64,000 bases of DNA from Candidatus Melainabacteria bacterium 17Bon1m (GTDB lineage: Bacteria; Cyanobacteriota; Vampirovibrionia; Obscuribacterales; Obscuribacteraceae): contig JAVLKG010000002.1 of the NCBI GenBank assembly GCA_032128875.1, forward strand, positions 736,001 to 800,000, given 5' to 3'. A program made the position numbers and the translations under genes. Shown here piece by piece: positions 29,630 through 39,260 of this stretch (positions within the stretch are counted from its first letter, which is position 1; every line of letters starts with the position of its first letter). The notes beneath the pieces were generated by a model. It saw only the letters and a program-made list of their open reading frames with translations, had not been told where the DNA came from and searched no databases.

Positions 29630-31321
29630 TTAGAGTTTTAAACCTTCGGTAAGGCTGGCAACAGAAACTGCACCGATGTCTCTAAGCAGTTGTGCTTGAG
29701 CCACATTGAAGTCTACAACGGCGCGAGCCTTGTTGACGCTTGCTTGCGTTAAATCTCGCTGCGCGTTCAATACGTCAATATTTAGACCGATGCCGGCGGA
29801 CATTCTCTTCTTGGCTATTCGCAATTCTTCTTCGGCAGCGAGAACTTGGACAGTTGCGCGATCGATTTTCTTATCTGATGCAGCGCTGTTGTTGTAGGAA
29901 GTCCTGACTTCATCGAATACATTCAAGAACGTTTTCTTAGCTTGTACTGCGGCTTGTCGAGCTTCCCAGCGAGCACGTTGCATGTTTGCTAAATCTTTGG
30001 TGCCTAAGCCACCAAGCTGCCATTTGATGCCCAGATTGATGTTGTAAATCGGGTCGAGATTTCCACCGGTGCCAACACCTACGATTGAACCACCCATTGA
30101 AACGTTGGGCTGCATTGGAGCTGCCGCGACGACAATCGCGCGTTTTGCGGCGAGGCGAAGTTCTTCGTATTGTTTTAATTCTGGACGTGCGTCTATTGCT
30201 CTCAACAACAGTTTTTCAACTGGTATCGATTTTGGTATCAGTCTTCTTTTCTTGAGGTGTTTTTCGCACGATTCCAGATCTTGAGAAAAACTCGTATTGA
30301 GAACGTGCGCAAGTTGAATTGCCGATTGGCGCCTTTGGTTTTGTTGCTCTACCAAATTTTGTTCGTCACTGGCAAGTTGTGCTTGCGACTGCAATACATC
30401 GAGCCCAGTCGCGGTGCCTGCCCTTTCTTGAGCTTGATTTAGTCGAACCTGCTCGATCGAAATTGCCACTGCCCGTGTGCGAATAGCGAGCAATGCTTCT
30501 TGCAGCAGCAAATCATAGTGTCTTTTGGTGGCACTCAGTAAAGTGTCGTTGACGTTTGCCGACAAACCGGCTCTTGAAGCGAACCAACGGTGACGCTGTT
30601 GCAAGGTGCTGAAAACAACGCTGCCGCCTCTGTAGAGGTTGTATGAAAAGCCTGCTTGCAATAATTGAATGTTTGTAGGTAGTTTTGCCTTACCACCATC
30701 AACTCTGTTGCCTGCGGTCGTAGCAGGCGTTGAACCGAATAACGAGGATGGAATACTGCCGTTGATCCCAAACAGGTTATATCCGCCGTTCAGATTGGGA
30801 AGAAAACCGGTGGCAGCCGATAGATATGAATAGCGATCAACTTTCGAGCGAACGAAACCTTCTTCAATGTCCAGGTTATGTTGGAGCGCAGCTTCAAGCG
30901 TGTCTTTCAAGCTAACCTTTTCAATGTAGCGAGCATCCAGGGAAAATGGATTGAGGTTTTCCTCCAGAGGAATCAACGCATCGAGCGAAGGACGCTCAAT
31001 CAAAACGCCAGTTTCATCACTTTCTTGTGCTGCACCCGGTTCTTTGATGCGCTCAAGTGGTGTTTCGACTTTATCGACAGTCCCTTGTCCTATTGGTCTT
31101 ACAGTCTGAGTTGCCCTAAGTTCGATCACATATTTTGGCGGCTTTTTCTGCTCTGCATTTGGTACGACTGTCTTTAGCGGCTTTTTGAGATCTTTCAAAG
31201 CATCTTTGTTGTCTTTGCCAGCATCAATTGTGGCTGCTACCGAGGGATGTCCAATGACAATACACGCGATGATAGGAACCGCTGCTATAGCGGAGTTCGC
31301 TAATTTCGACTTACCTGACAT
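29630..31321 (-). CDS. TolC family outer-membrane efflux protein
   Basis: Two OEP repeats (AGTATGLDVLQSQ; AGIGLNIDVLNAQ); last gene of the efflux cluster. Confidence 0.88.
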   Translation of the reverse strand: MSGKSKLANSAIAAVPIIACIVIGHPSVAATIDAGKDNKDALKDLKKPLKTVVPNAEQKKPPKYVIELRATQTVRPIGQGTVDKVETPLERIKEPGAAQESDETGVLIERPSLDALIPLEENLNPFSLDARYIEKVSLKDTLEAALQHNLDIEEGFVRSKVDRYSYLSAATGFLPNLNGGYNLFGINGSIPSSLFGSTPATTAGNRVDGGKAKLPTNIQLLQAGFSYNLYRGGSVVFSTLQQRHRWFASRAGLSANVNDTLLSATKRHYDLLLQEALLAIRTRAVAISIEQVRLNQAQERAGTATGLDVLQSQAQLASDEQNLVEQQNQRRQSAIQLAHVLNTSFSQDLESCEKHLKKRRLIPKSIPVEKLLLRAIDARPELKQYEELRLAAKRAIVVAAAPMQPNVSMGGSIVGVGTGGNLDPIYNINLGIKWQLGGLGTKDLANMQRARWEARQAAVQAKKTFLNVFDEVRTSYNNSAASDKKIDRATVQVLAAEEELRIAKKRMSAGIGLNIDVLNAQRDLTQASVNKARAVVDFNVAQAQLLRDIGAVSVASLTEGLKL

Positions 31322-31399
31322 ATCTACCTTCTAACCAGCTCAACCTAGTTTATCAGCGCTGCAATACGAAGCGCGATGTGCGTAACCAAAAAACGGTAC

Positions 31400-32743
31400 T
31401 CAGTTTGCAATTTTCACGGAGGGAACTACCGACATTCCCGGCGCCAGAAGGTCGTCGTAACCTTTAAGCGATTCCTTATCAAAGACAATCTTGACCTGTA
31501 CTCGCTGGACCACTTTCGTGAAGTTGCCGGTAGCATTGTCCGGAGGGAGCAAAGCGAATTGTGCTCCTGATGCCGGGGAGATTGACTCAACTTTGCCGGT
31601 TAAATGTGCGTTGGGATAAGCGTCAATTTTGATCTCGACTTTTTGCCCTGGACGCATTTTTTCAAGTTGCGTTTCTTTGAAGTTTGCCACCACCCATTTT
31701 TCATCGGAAACAATGCTCATGAGCGCTTGACCGCGTTCAATCTGTTGTCCGACTTCTACCGTTCGGTGTCCGACATGACCTGTTATTGGCGCCAAAACAC
31801 TTGTGTAAGAGAGCTGTGTTACCGCATGATTCACTTCGCTTTTAGCCTTGTCAGCAGCGGCCTCCTGGACATTCAAGTTGCGCTTGGTCATCTCCATTTG
31901 GGCTGCTGCAGCTGCGGCATTTTGTGAGGCGCCTTTGGCTCGAATCACATCAGCTTGGGCGTCGGCGACTGCTTGAGTTGCAGCTTGGACACGTGCCTTT
32001 GATTGTTTATAACCTTCTTGGGCCGCTTGCAAATTTGCTTCTGCTACTTCCTTATCTTGTTTTGCTCGCTCGAAGCTTTGAGCTGTGGCAGCGCGATCTT
32101 GTACAAGTGTTTTGTACCGCTCGTAGTCCGCTATACACCGAGTCAATTCTGCCTGACGTTGTTTGATCTCGGTTGCAGCAAGTGCAACTCCGAGTTTTGT
32201 CTCTGACAGCAATGCCTTTGCTTTATCCACGCCGGCAGTTGCACTGGCGACTGCTGACTCCGCTTCGAATTTACGTGCGGCGGCTTGACGCTCGTTGGCT
32301 ACGATGTTTGATTGCACTTCGAATGTTTTAAATTCCGCCTGAGCGGCTGCGGCTTTTGCGGTCGCCAGACTAATTTCTAAATCCTTTGGGTCGATACGCA
32401 GCAAGACGTCGCCTTGCTTCACGTGTTGATTATCGTCAACGAGCAACTGAGACACCGTTCCGCTGACTTTCGAGCTTAACTGGTGAACTCTTCCCGTGAT
32501 GAATGCGTCGTCCGTCTCAACGTAAGAAGAAGCATGTTGCCACCAAGCAAAGCCGCCAATTCCTGCGCCAATAAGAACAACTGTCGCCAAACCAATTGCC
32601 AGCGGATTTTTCTTCTTTTTCACCGGCTTATTCAATTCCGGTTGCTTTGGTATTGGTCCTACTAATTCAGGGTGGGGTTTGATTCCCGCCGTCGGGGTTT
32701 GTTTGGTCTCAATCTCGTTCATGGTTTCCGTGCCTGCAGCCAA
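31400..32743 (-). CDS. HlyD/EmrA family membrane fusion protein
   Basis: TDDAFI, ANFKETQL and LLPPDNATGNFTKVVQRV. Confidence 0.92.
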   Translation of the reverse strand: MAAGTETMNEIETKQTPTAGIKPHPELVGPIPKQPELNKPVKKKKNPLAIGLATVVLIGAGIGGFAWWQHASSYVETDDAFITGRVHQLSSKVSGTVSQLLVDDNQHVKQGDVLLRIDPKDLEISLATAKAAAAQAEFKTFEVQSNIVANERQAAARKFEAESAVASATAGVDKAKALLSETKLGVALAATEIKQRQAELTRCIADYERYKTLVQDRAATAQSFERAKQDKEVAEANLQAAQEGYKQSKARVQAATQAVADAQADVIRAKGASQNAAAAAAQMEMTKRNLNVQEAAADKAKSEVNHAVTQLSYTSVLAPITGHVGHRTVEVGQQIERGQALMSIVSDEKWVVANFKETQLEKMRPGQKVEIKIDAYPNAHLTGKVESISPASGAQFALLPPDNATGNFTKVVQRVQVKIVFDKESLKGYDDLLAPGMSVVPSVKIAN

Positions 32744-32779
32744 TTCAGGTTCTCCCTATGCATAGTGCATGACGTTGTA

Positions 32780-32812
32780 ATTATTGACCAAGTTTCAATT
32801 TTGGTCAATAAT
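32780..32812. promoter_or_regulatory. Putative TetR operator (12-bp perfect inverted repeat)
   Basis: ATTATTGACCAA-N9-TTGGTCAATAAT in the emrB-emrA intergenic region. Confidence 0.7.
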
Positions 32813-32825
32813 CCGCAATTAATGT

Positions 32826-34415
32826 TTAATGCATTTCCACGTTCGCCTTTCTCCGTCCAGACCCAAGCAGGAAGCAGAATGGAATCATGCAACCTGTGAA
32901 AACCGCCAGCAGCCAGGCGATGTCGCCAAAAGAAAGGGCTGCAGCCTGAGTATCGACTTGACTGCTCATGACCGCTAACGCTCGCGCCTTTGCGTCCGGC
33001 AGAGCCCATCCCTGGCGGCTGAACATTTCTGTAAGTGCAGACAGGCGGTTCATAGCCTCGGTTCCATAAGGTGTGATTTTTTCAACCAGAACCGCACGGT
33101 GAAAGTCTTCGCGACGAGTTAGGACGGTAGCGAGCATAGCAATTCCAACTCCGCCACCAAGTGTACGCACAAGGCTGAGTAGCGACGCGGCCGTTTGAAT
33201 GTCTTCAGGTGGGCAATCACCGACAGCAGCAATAGTCAAAGGAAGGAAAACGAGCACTAGCCCAAAGCCTCGAATAAGACTGGCGGTAAGAAAATGCTCC
33301 CAACCCCAGCTTAGAGTGAGGGGTACGAGAAACCAGTTGGATAAGCTTAAGCAGGCGATGCCGACGAATACCATCAAGCGCGCATCAATTTTTCCAATCA
33401 TGGCACCCACGACTGGAAACATAAATCCGGTGACAATGGACGCCGGAACCTGTAATAGTCCTGCTTGCAATGCTGTGTATCCCAACATGACCTGGGCGAA
33501 GTTTGGAATTACATAATTAATTCCGAAGAGTACAAAGCCGATCACACCCTGGAAAAGCAATCCAATAGCGACTGAGCGAAATCGAACGATGCGCAGATTG
33601 ACGGCTGGGTATTTCGTCCTCAACTCGTGTGCGAAAAACACGATCGCACCAATTGCAGTGGCGACCGTGCACCAAATTATCAATTTAGAAGAGAACCAAT
33701 CTTCGTCCTGACCCTTCTCTAGAACATATTGAAGTGAGCCAAGCATGACGCTCAAAGACATGATTCCGAGCCAGTCGACGCGAACCGCCGGAGCGTCTTG
33801 CTCGCGAGGTTTGTCTTGTGGGATAAATGCCTGACACAATGCCGTGGCAATGATTCCGATTGGAATGTTGATGAAGAATATCCATCGCCAATTGTAATTG
33901 TCTGTAAGCCAGCCGCCCAAAGTTGGTCCAACCACTGGTCCAACAATTACACAAATGCCGAATATCGCCTGGACAAGTCCTTGTTTCTCGGGCGGAAAAG
34001 CTTCAAAAAGAAACGCTTGAGCTTTGGCTAGCAATCCACCGCCAAATAGTCCCTGCATAACGCGTGCAAGGACAAGAGTCAAAAGATCATTTGAAATTCC
34101 ACAAAGAACAGATGCGACGGTAAAGCCGATCATAGAGAAAATGAAATAGCGCTTCTTGCCGAACATGTCACCAAACATGACAGCAAGTGGCATTGTAATG
34201 ACGTTAGCGATCGAATACGAAGTGACAACCCAGGCGGCTTCGCTTGTGGTGGCACCGAGGTTGCCTTGTATGTGAGGCAAGGCCACGTTGGTAATACTTG
34301 TATCGATTACCTCGATCAGTGCTGCGATTGCAACACCGACGAGAAACAACCAGCGGACGATCTCGCCATTTTCATCGACCCGGCGTTGAAGAGCTTCTTG
34401 GAGATATGTAGCCAT
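32826..34415 (-). CDS. DHA2 (EmrB/QacA) MFS efflux transporter
   Basis: DTSITNVALP, GPTLGGWLTDNYNWRWIFFINIP and GQDEDWF. Confidence 0.93.
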   Translation of the reverse strand: MATYLQEALQRRVDENGEIVRWLFLVGVAIAALIEVIDTSITNVALPHIQGNLGATTSEAAWVVTSYSIANVITMPLAVMFGDMFGKKRYFIFSMIGFTVASVLCGISNDLLTLVLARVMQGLFGGGLLAKAQAFLFEAFPPEKQGLVQAIFGICVIVGPVVGPTLGGWLTDNYNWRWIFFINIPIGIIATALCQAFIPQDKPREQDAPAVRVDWLGIMSLSVMLGSLQYVLEKGQDEDWFSSKLIIWCTVATAIGAIVFFAHELRTKYPAVNLRIVRFRSVAIGLLFQGVIGFVLFGINYVIPNFAQVMLGYTALQAGLLQVPASIVTGFMFPVVGAMIGKIDARLMVFVGIACLSLSNWFLVPLTLSWGWEHFLTASLIRGFGLVLVFLPLTIAAVGDCPPEDIQTAASLLSLVRTLGGGVGIAMLATVLTRREDFHRAVLVEKITPYGTEAMNRLSALTEMFSRQGWALPDAKARALAVMSSQVDTQAAALSFGDIAWLLAVFTGCMIPFCFLLGSGRRKANVEMH

Positions 34416-35036
34416 TTACTTTGATTCGCGTAGACCGTCGACCACTATGTTGAGAAGCAGTTTTGAACTTGCCTCCAACTCATCGCGAGTCATACGTTTT
34501 TCGGATTCCGTGTAGTTGTTGAAGTATGGAGGAAATAAACTCGACACAGCCATCAAGAATGCAATTGCAGTTGCATCGTTGGCCTTTTTCTGACTTATCT
34601 CTCCGGCTTCCGCTGCTTTCTTGAGGAATTTCAACACGCGTTCGCGCTTGCGAACATAGAAAGCACTAAATCTTGGCTTGAACTGAAGCGATGTATAAAG
34701 CAGCGCTTCAGGCGTGTGAATGTCACGCGTTACATAGTCATAGACCATCAGCGCGCACATTTGAAATGTTTCTTTCAACGATTCGAGTGGAGAGCCAGTG
34801 ATGTTTTCGGTGCGCTCGTCCATTAAGCCTTGAATTTTAGTGGCATATTTTTCAACCACGCGCATCAGAATTTCTTCTTTTGTTCGAAATTCAAGATATA
34901 CAGATCCTTTTCCTATACCAAGGTGTTTTGCAATATCCTCGATACTTGTCCGTTCGTAGCCGTATCTGGAAAACAGCTCTACAGCTGCTTCCTCGATGAG
35001 TTCCGCCCGGTTGTGAATGGATTTGGTTCGCGCCAT
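34416..35036 (-). CDS. TetR/AcrR family regulator
   Basis: LF...GY..TSIEDIA..LGIGKGSVY..F..KEE helix-turn-helix. Confidence 0.92.
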   Translation of the reverse strand: MARTKSIHNRAELIEEAAVELFSRYGYERTSIEDIAKHLGIGKGSVYLEFRTKEEILMRVVEKYATKIQGLMDERTENITGSPLESLKETFQMCALMVYDYVTRDIHTPEALLYTSLQFKPRFSAFYVRKRERVLKFLKKAAEAGEISQKKANDATAIAFLMAVSSLFPPYFNNYTESEKRMTRDELEASSKLLLNIVVDGLRESK

Positions 35037-35057
35037 TTTTGCCTCCGCGATCCATTC

Positions 35058-35082
35058 TTGACCAATTTGCGATTTTAGTCAA
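35058..35082. promoter_or_regulatory. Putative TetR operator, second copy
   Basis: TTGACCAA-N9-TTAGTCAA just upstream of the tetR start. Confidence 0.65.
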
Positions 35083-36603
35083 TTATTCGTTTGTAATTTT
35101 TCGCGGCAATGTAATAGTGAAAATTGATCCGGCTCCTTCTTCGCTTTGAACAGAGATTGTTCCGCCGTGCCGTTCAACAATTGTTTTGCAAAGGTAGAGA
35201 CCAAGCCCCGAGCCATCAATGCGCCGCCGGCTGCGTTCTCCTTGGAAGTACTTCTTAAATAGATTCTTTTGATCAGTCTTTGAGATGCCAATTCCAGTGT
35301 CCGCAATTGATATAGACAATTCTGATTCGGATTTTTTGCTGGTTAGAATGATCATTCCGCCTTTCGGGGTGAATTTGACCGCATTACTTATGAGGTTGTG
35401 AAAAACACGCTTGATTGCGGTTCTTTCAACAGGAAGTATTTCCGGCTGACGTGAAAGTTGGTCGATTAATTGAATATTGTTGTGGCTCGCCAATGCACCT
35501 AATTCATTGACTGTCGCGCGAACCACTTCTATGACATCGGTTGATTCGATCATGCGGGGAACATTTTCCCCGTCGTTTCGTTGTACTTCAATTAGGTTTT
35601 GAATCATGTCCAACATCGAGCGATTGCCGCGCTTCAGCACCTCGAGTATGTTCTCCAGATCTCGGTCCAGAGTTCCGGCCGCTCCTTGGAGCAAGGCTTC
35701 GAATGTTTTCTCTGCTCCGATTAAAGGTGATTTGAGATCATGCACGAGTGCTGCAACCACCTCATGGACAGTTTCTGACTTCAAGTGGTCCTGTTCCATT
35801 GAGCTGACACAAACGCCGTTTGTCACGCCATTTGAATCTGTCACAGGCCAGATTGCGACAGTCCAATTAGGTGCCGGACCCGGTTTTGGTTTTGCCAAAA
35901 CTACGCTGGCGCATGTGACGTGCAGTTTTGACTTTGCTTGAAGGACATCTTCCAGCATTTCTTGTGTGATTGACGGAACTATGTCAGAGAGTCTTTGACC
36001 AACAATGTCATCGAATGAACCAAGCTGCTCATACGCTATTGGATTCACCTTTTCGATGCGAAACTCGCGATCTAATTTCCATATTGCAATTGGTGAGTTG
36101 AAGTGAGTATCAACTTGCGACTTCTCAGAGGGCATTCTAAGGGCGCTGAGCTGGTCGCTGGAATGAACGGTTTCGTTGATGTCAGTGCAGTAGCCGGTGA
36201 ATCCGCACAATCTTCCATCGTCTCCGTATTCCGGTGAGCCCGAATCAAGAACTTGTCGGAAGGTACCATCCGCGCGCCTCATTCGGTATTCAATATGGAA
36301 TGGTTGACGTGTCGCAACGGCGCTCTGTATCAACGTGCAAACGCGCTCACGATCTTCAGGATGGATGATTTTTTTCCAGCCGTCGCCTTCGACGTCTCTG
36401 TAAGATACACCTATGAATTTCAGCCATCTATTTGAGAAGAAGATTCGCTTGCCAGTGTGGTCGCTGAGCCAGACCATTTTAGGAATTTGATTTGTCAGCC
36501 GAGATAACAACGCCAGTTTTATGTCTGAAACCGACGAGTCGGCACAAAATCTTATCTTTTCCATTCTTGAGTCGCCTGGAGTCGAAGGGCGAAATCGCCA
36601 CAT
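35083..36603 (-). CDS. PAS-domain sensor histidine kinase
   Basis: PAS/PAC (IHPED, YRMRRADG), HDLKSPL, NLISNAVKF, DTGIG and GSGLGL; start uncertain (36564-36669). Confidence 0.9.
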   Translation of the reverse strand: MWRFRPSTPGDSRMEKIRFCADSSVSDIKLALLSRLTNQIPKMVWLSDHTGKRIFFSNRWLKFIGVSYRDVEGDGWKKIIHPEDRERVCTLIQSAVATRQPFHIEYRMRRADGTFRQVLDSGSPEYGDDGRLCGFTGYCTDINETVHSSDQLSALRMPSEKSQVDTHFNSPIAIWKLDREFRIEKVNPIAYEQLGSFDDIVGQRLSDIVPSITQEMLEDVLQAKSKLHVTCASVVLAKPKPGPAPNWTVAIWPVTDSNGVTNGVCVSSMEQDHLKSETVHEVVAALVHDLKSPLIGAEKTFEALLQGAAGTLDRDLENILEVLKRGNRSMLDMIQNLIEVQRNDGENVPRMIESTDVIEVVRATVNELGALASHNNIQLIDQLSRQPEILPVERTAIKRVFHNLISNAVKFTPKGGMIILTSKKSESELSISIADTGIGISKTDQKNLFKKYFQGERSRRRIDGSGLGLYLCKTIVERHGGTISVQSEEGAGSIFTITLPRKITNE

Positions 36604-36859
36604 GGCTTTACCCCTCTTATTCGACTGTATAGCGCAATCGTCTCGGCGTATATCACCCAAAGCGGTCATTTGTAGCCACTATTGTCAATTTTTTCTCAAC
36701 CGAAAGGCTGATTTGTTCGAAGGCGTTTTGAAGGTTTAACAAAAATCCCTTAGTGCGGCGGGAACTCTCAGCCCTGCTCCGCGTCACGACTATGTCCGAG
36801 TGGGCCGGAATCGTCCAAAACTGAAAAATTTCGACTCTCCCACTCATAGGGCAAGCGTG

Positions 36860-37492
36860 ATGAATAACTTGCATTTTAATAAGAACATTGAAAGCGGAAT
36901 GCTGTCTGCCTTGAAAGATTTGGCTGCACCCCATCCTGCTGAAGTAAGTGCGCAGCAATTTGTTCATAGGCAAACACTCGTCGATTTCGGCGAAATTCGT
37001 AATCGGATTGAGGTAGCCTGCGATGAATTTGAACTGCAAGAGAAGCCAATGAGCCTCATGCTAATCGCGGTCGATGGTATTGATAAGCTGATTGAAAACT
37101 ACGGAGAATACACTGCAAATCATGTTCGAGATTTTGTAGCTGCCTCTCTTTTTAGTATCTCTAGAGATGTCTATGGCGCGCGCAATCACTTCACTGTGGG
37201 TGAATATGTACAGGGGCGTTTGCTGATGCTGTTGCCTGAGATGGTTGGAGCAAACGCTCTCGAGTTTGCCGATGAGCTTCGCAAGGGCGTTTGCGCGACA
37301 GAGTTTAACTGGCAAAGCGAGCAATTGTGCATAACCGTCAGTATCGGCCTTGTCCACAAGCCTGGGCACAACGGCAATCACGATATGATGATTCTGCAGG
37401 CAGACCATGCCTGTTCTGAAGTTATCAAAATCGGCGGCAATCGAGTATCGCTGGCTAGAGCTGCTTGCCGTCTGCGCATAGTCACAGAATAA
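36860..37492 (+). CDS. Degenerate GGDEF-domain protein
   Basis: SLMLIAVD, YGEYTA, ITVSIG, AD.A and GGNRV; active site reads YVQGRL. Confidence 0.7.
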   Translation: MNNLHFNKNIESGMLSALKDLAAPHPAEVSAQQFVHRQTLVDFGEIRNRIEVACDEFELQEKPMSLMLIAVDGIDKLIENYGEYTANHVRDFVAASLFSISRDVYGARNHFTVGEYVQGRLLMLLPEMVGANALEFADELRKGVCATEFNWQSEQLCITVSIGLVHKPGHNGNHDMMILQADHACSEVIKIGGNRVSLARAACRLRIVTE

Positions 37493-37729
37493 GCGATTAG
37501 CTTCATCAAAGTCCGCGCCCGTGGTCGTTTCATGAGACGATCACCAGTTAGAGTTACAGACAAACTGACTCGCATATCGCTCTTGCGAACGACGATTTTT
37601 GCCAGGCAAACAACTATTATTTTGATGAATCGAGACGAAGCCGCGGGGCTTTTTCAAGATCTTTGTCTTCTATAGAACAAAGCCGTCCGCCAGGAAGCGC
37701 GGACGGAGCAAACGTGTGTCCGATGCAAC

Positions 37730-37768
37730 CCCCTGTCTGCTGGAATCCCCTGTCCGCTGGAATCCCCT
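37730..37768. repeat. 17-bp direct repeat (about 2.3 units) upstream of the REC-kinase gene
   Basis: CCCCTGTCTGCTGGAAT CCCCTGTCCGCTGGAAT CCCCT. Confidence 0.7.
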
Positions 37769-37820
37769 AAAACCTTGCAAATTGCATGGCTAGAGAATAC
37801 TAGGCGATCGAGGAAAAATC

Positions 37821-39125
37821 ATGTCTTCTCCAATTTCGGTTCTTGTCGTTGAAGATCACGGGCTGTTCAGAACAGGAATTCGTGTAAGTTGCAACCGAGA
37901 CAAAAATATTACTGTTACTGGAGAGGCGTCAAACGGGTCAGAGGCTGTTGAGCAGGTAGAAAAACTCAATCCTGATGTTGTGTTGATGGATGTGAATATG
38001 CCGCTGATGGATGGCATCGAATCTACTCGCTTGATCAAGAATAAGAACCAAAATACTAAAGTCATTATGCTTACGTCACACGAAAGCCAGGGTGTACTGC
38101 AATCGGCTGTGTCGGCGGGAGCCAGCGGCTATTGTTTGAAAGACGTTGACTCTGAGATTCTTTGCTCGGTCATCAAGGCGGTACACCGTGGAGAAGTGTG
38201 GATTGATCCGACGGTTAAGAAGAACGCTGAAGACCAAGTAAATACACTTAAAGCGTCCGGTTCAACGCGACCTTCTGAGTCTTCCAGTGTAGGTCTTTTC
38301 GGAAGCGCGCCTGTTAATGCAAACGATCTGCTCGTCAATCGATATGAAAATCTTGGTCTGCTTGGTCAAGGTGGAATGAGCCTTGTGTACAAAGCTAGGC
38401 ACAAAATGTTGGACAAGATTGTCGCGGTGAAGGTTTTGGCAAATCACTTGAGCCATATCGAAGCTTTTTCTGCGCGATTCATTCAAGAAGCGAGAGTCGC
38501 AAGTCGCTTATCTCATCCGAACATCGCTTCTGTTTTTGACTTTGGTATCACCTCTGACTCGAATGCTTTTCTTGTTATGGAATTCGCTGATGGACCATCT
38601 CTGTCTCATCATCTCGGCAATAATGGTCGCGTAGACGAAGCAACAGCAATGATGATTTTCAAACAATTAAGAGATGCGCTTGGATACGCGCACGAGCAAG
38701 GCGTCATTCACCGCGATATAAAACCCGCAAACACTATCCTCACCAATGGCAATGGCAACTTTCCGCACGTCAAATTAATCGACTTTGGTCTTGCGAAGCT
38801 TTCAAACATTGAAAATCCGAAGCTCACCATTAATGGAGAGGTAATTGGCAGTCCACTGTATATGAGCCCAGAGCAGTGCAAAGGGATGGCTGTCGACAAT
38901 CGCTCGGATATTTATTCTCTGGGGTGTTTGATGCATGAAGTAATTACCGGCTATCCACCATTCCGAGGCGAAACTGCTTTGGATACCTTCCGAATGCATG
39001 TGCAAGATGAGTATGAAGAACCATCCGCAAATGTTTGTTCTGAGCACCTGAGAGAAATATTGCGCAAATGCTTGAGTAAACGCCCTGAGGACAGGTTCAG
39101 TAGCCTTAACGATATTGTGCTCTAA
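37821..39125 (+). CDS. Response-regulator receiver fused to Hanks-type Ser/Thr kinase
   Basis: REC: VVEDH, VLMDVNMP, MLTS, LK. Kinase: GQGGMSLVY, VAVK, HRDIKPAN, DFG, GSPLYMSPE. Confidence 0.92.
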   Translation: MSSPISVLVVEDHGLFRTGIRVSCNRDKNITVTGEASNGSEAVEQVEKLNPDVVLMDVNMPLMDGIESTRLIKNKNQNTKVIMLTSHESQGVLQSAVSAGASGYCLKDVDSEILCSVIKAVHRGEVWIDPTVKKNAEDQVNTLKASGSTRPSESSSVGLFGSAPVNANDLLVNRYENLGLLGQGGMSLVYKARHKMLDKIVAVKVLANHLSHIEAFSARFIQEARVASRLSHPNIASVFDFGITSDSNAFLVMEFADGPSLSHHLGNNGRVDEATAMMIFKQLRDALGYAHEQGVIHRDIKPANTILTNGNGNFPHVKLIDFGLAKLSNIENPKLTINGEVIGSPLYMSPEQCKGMAVDNRSDIYSLGCLMHEVITGYPPFRGETALDTFRMHVQDEYEEPSANVCSEHLREILRKCLSKRPEDRFSSLNDIVL

Positions 39126-39260
39126 ATCCGATAAGTCTTGCAGCACATTGCCTTCGAGAAATGACTTGAAATGAGTGACCAAATTTTGCAGTTGAAAAGT
39201 ATTGAGTCTTCAGGCTGGGAGTGCAATAAAGGCATTTGACAGCTGTAAGCAGTCTTTGTC

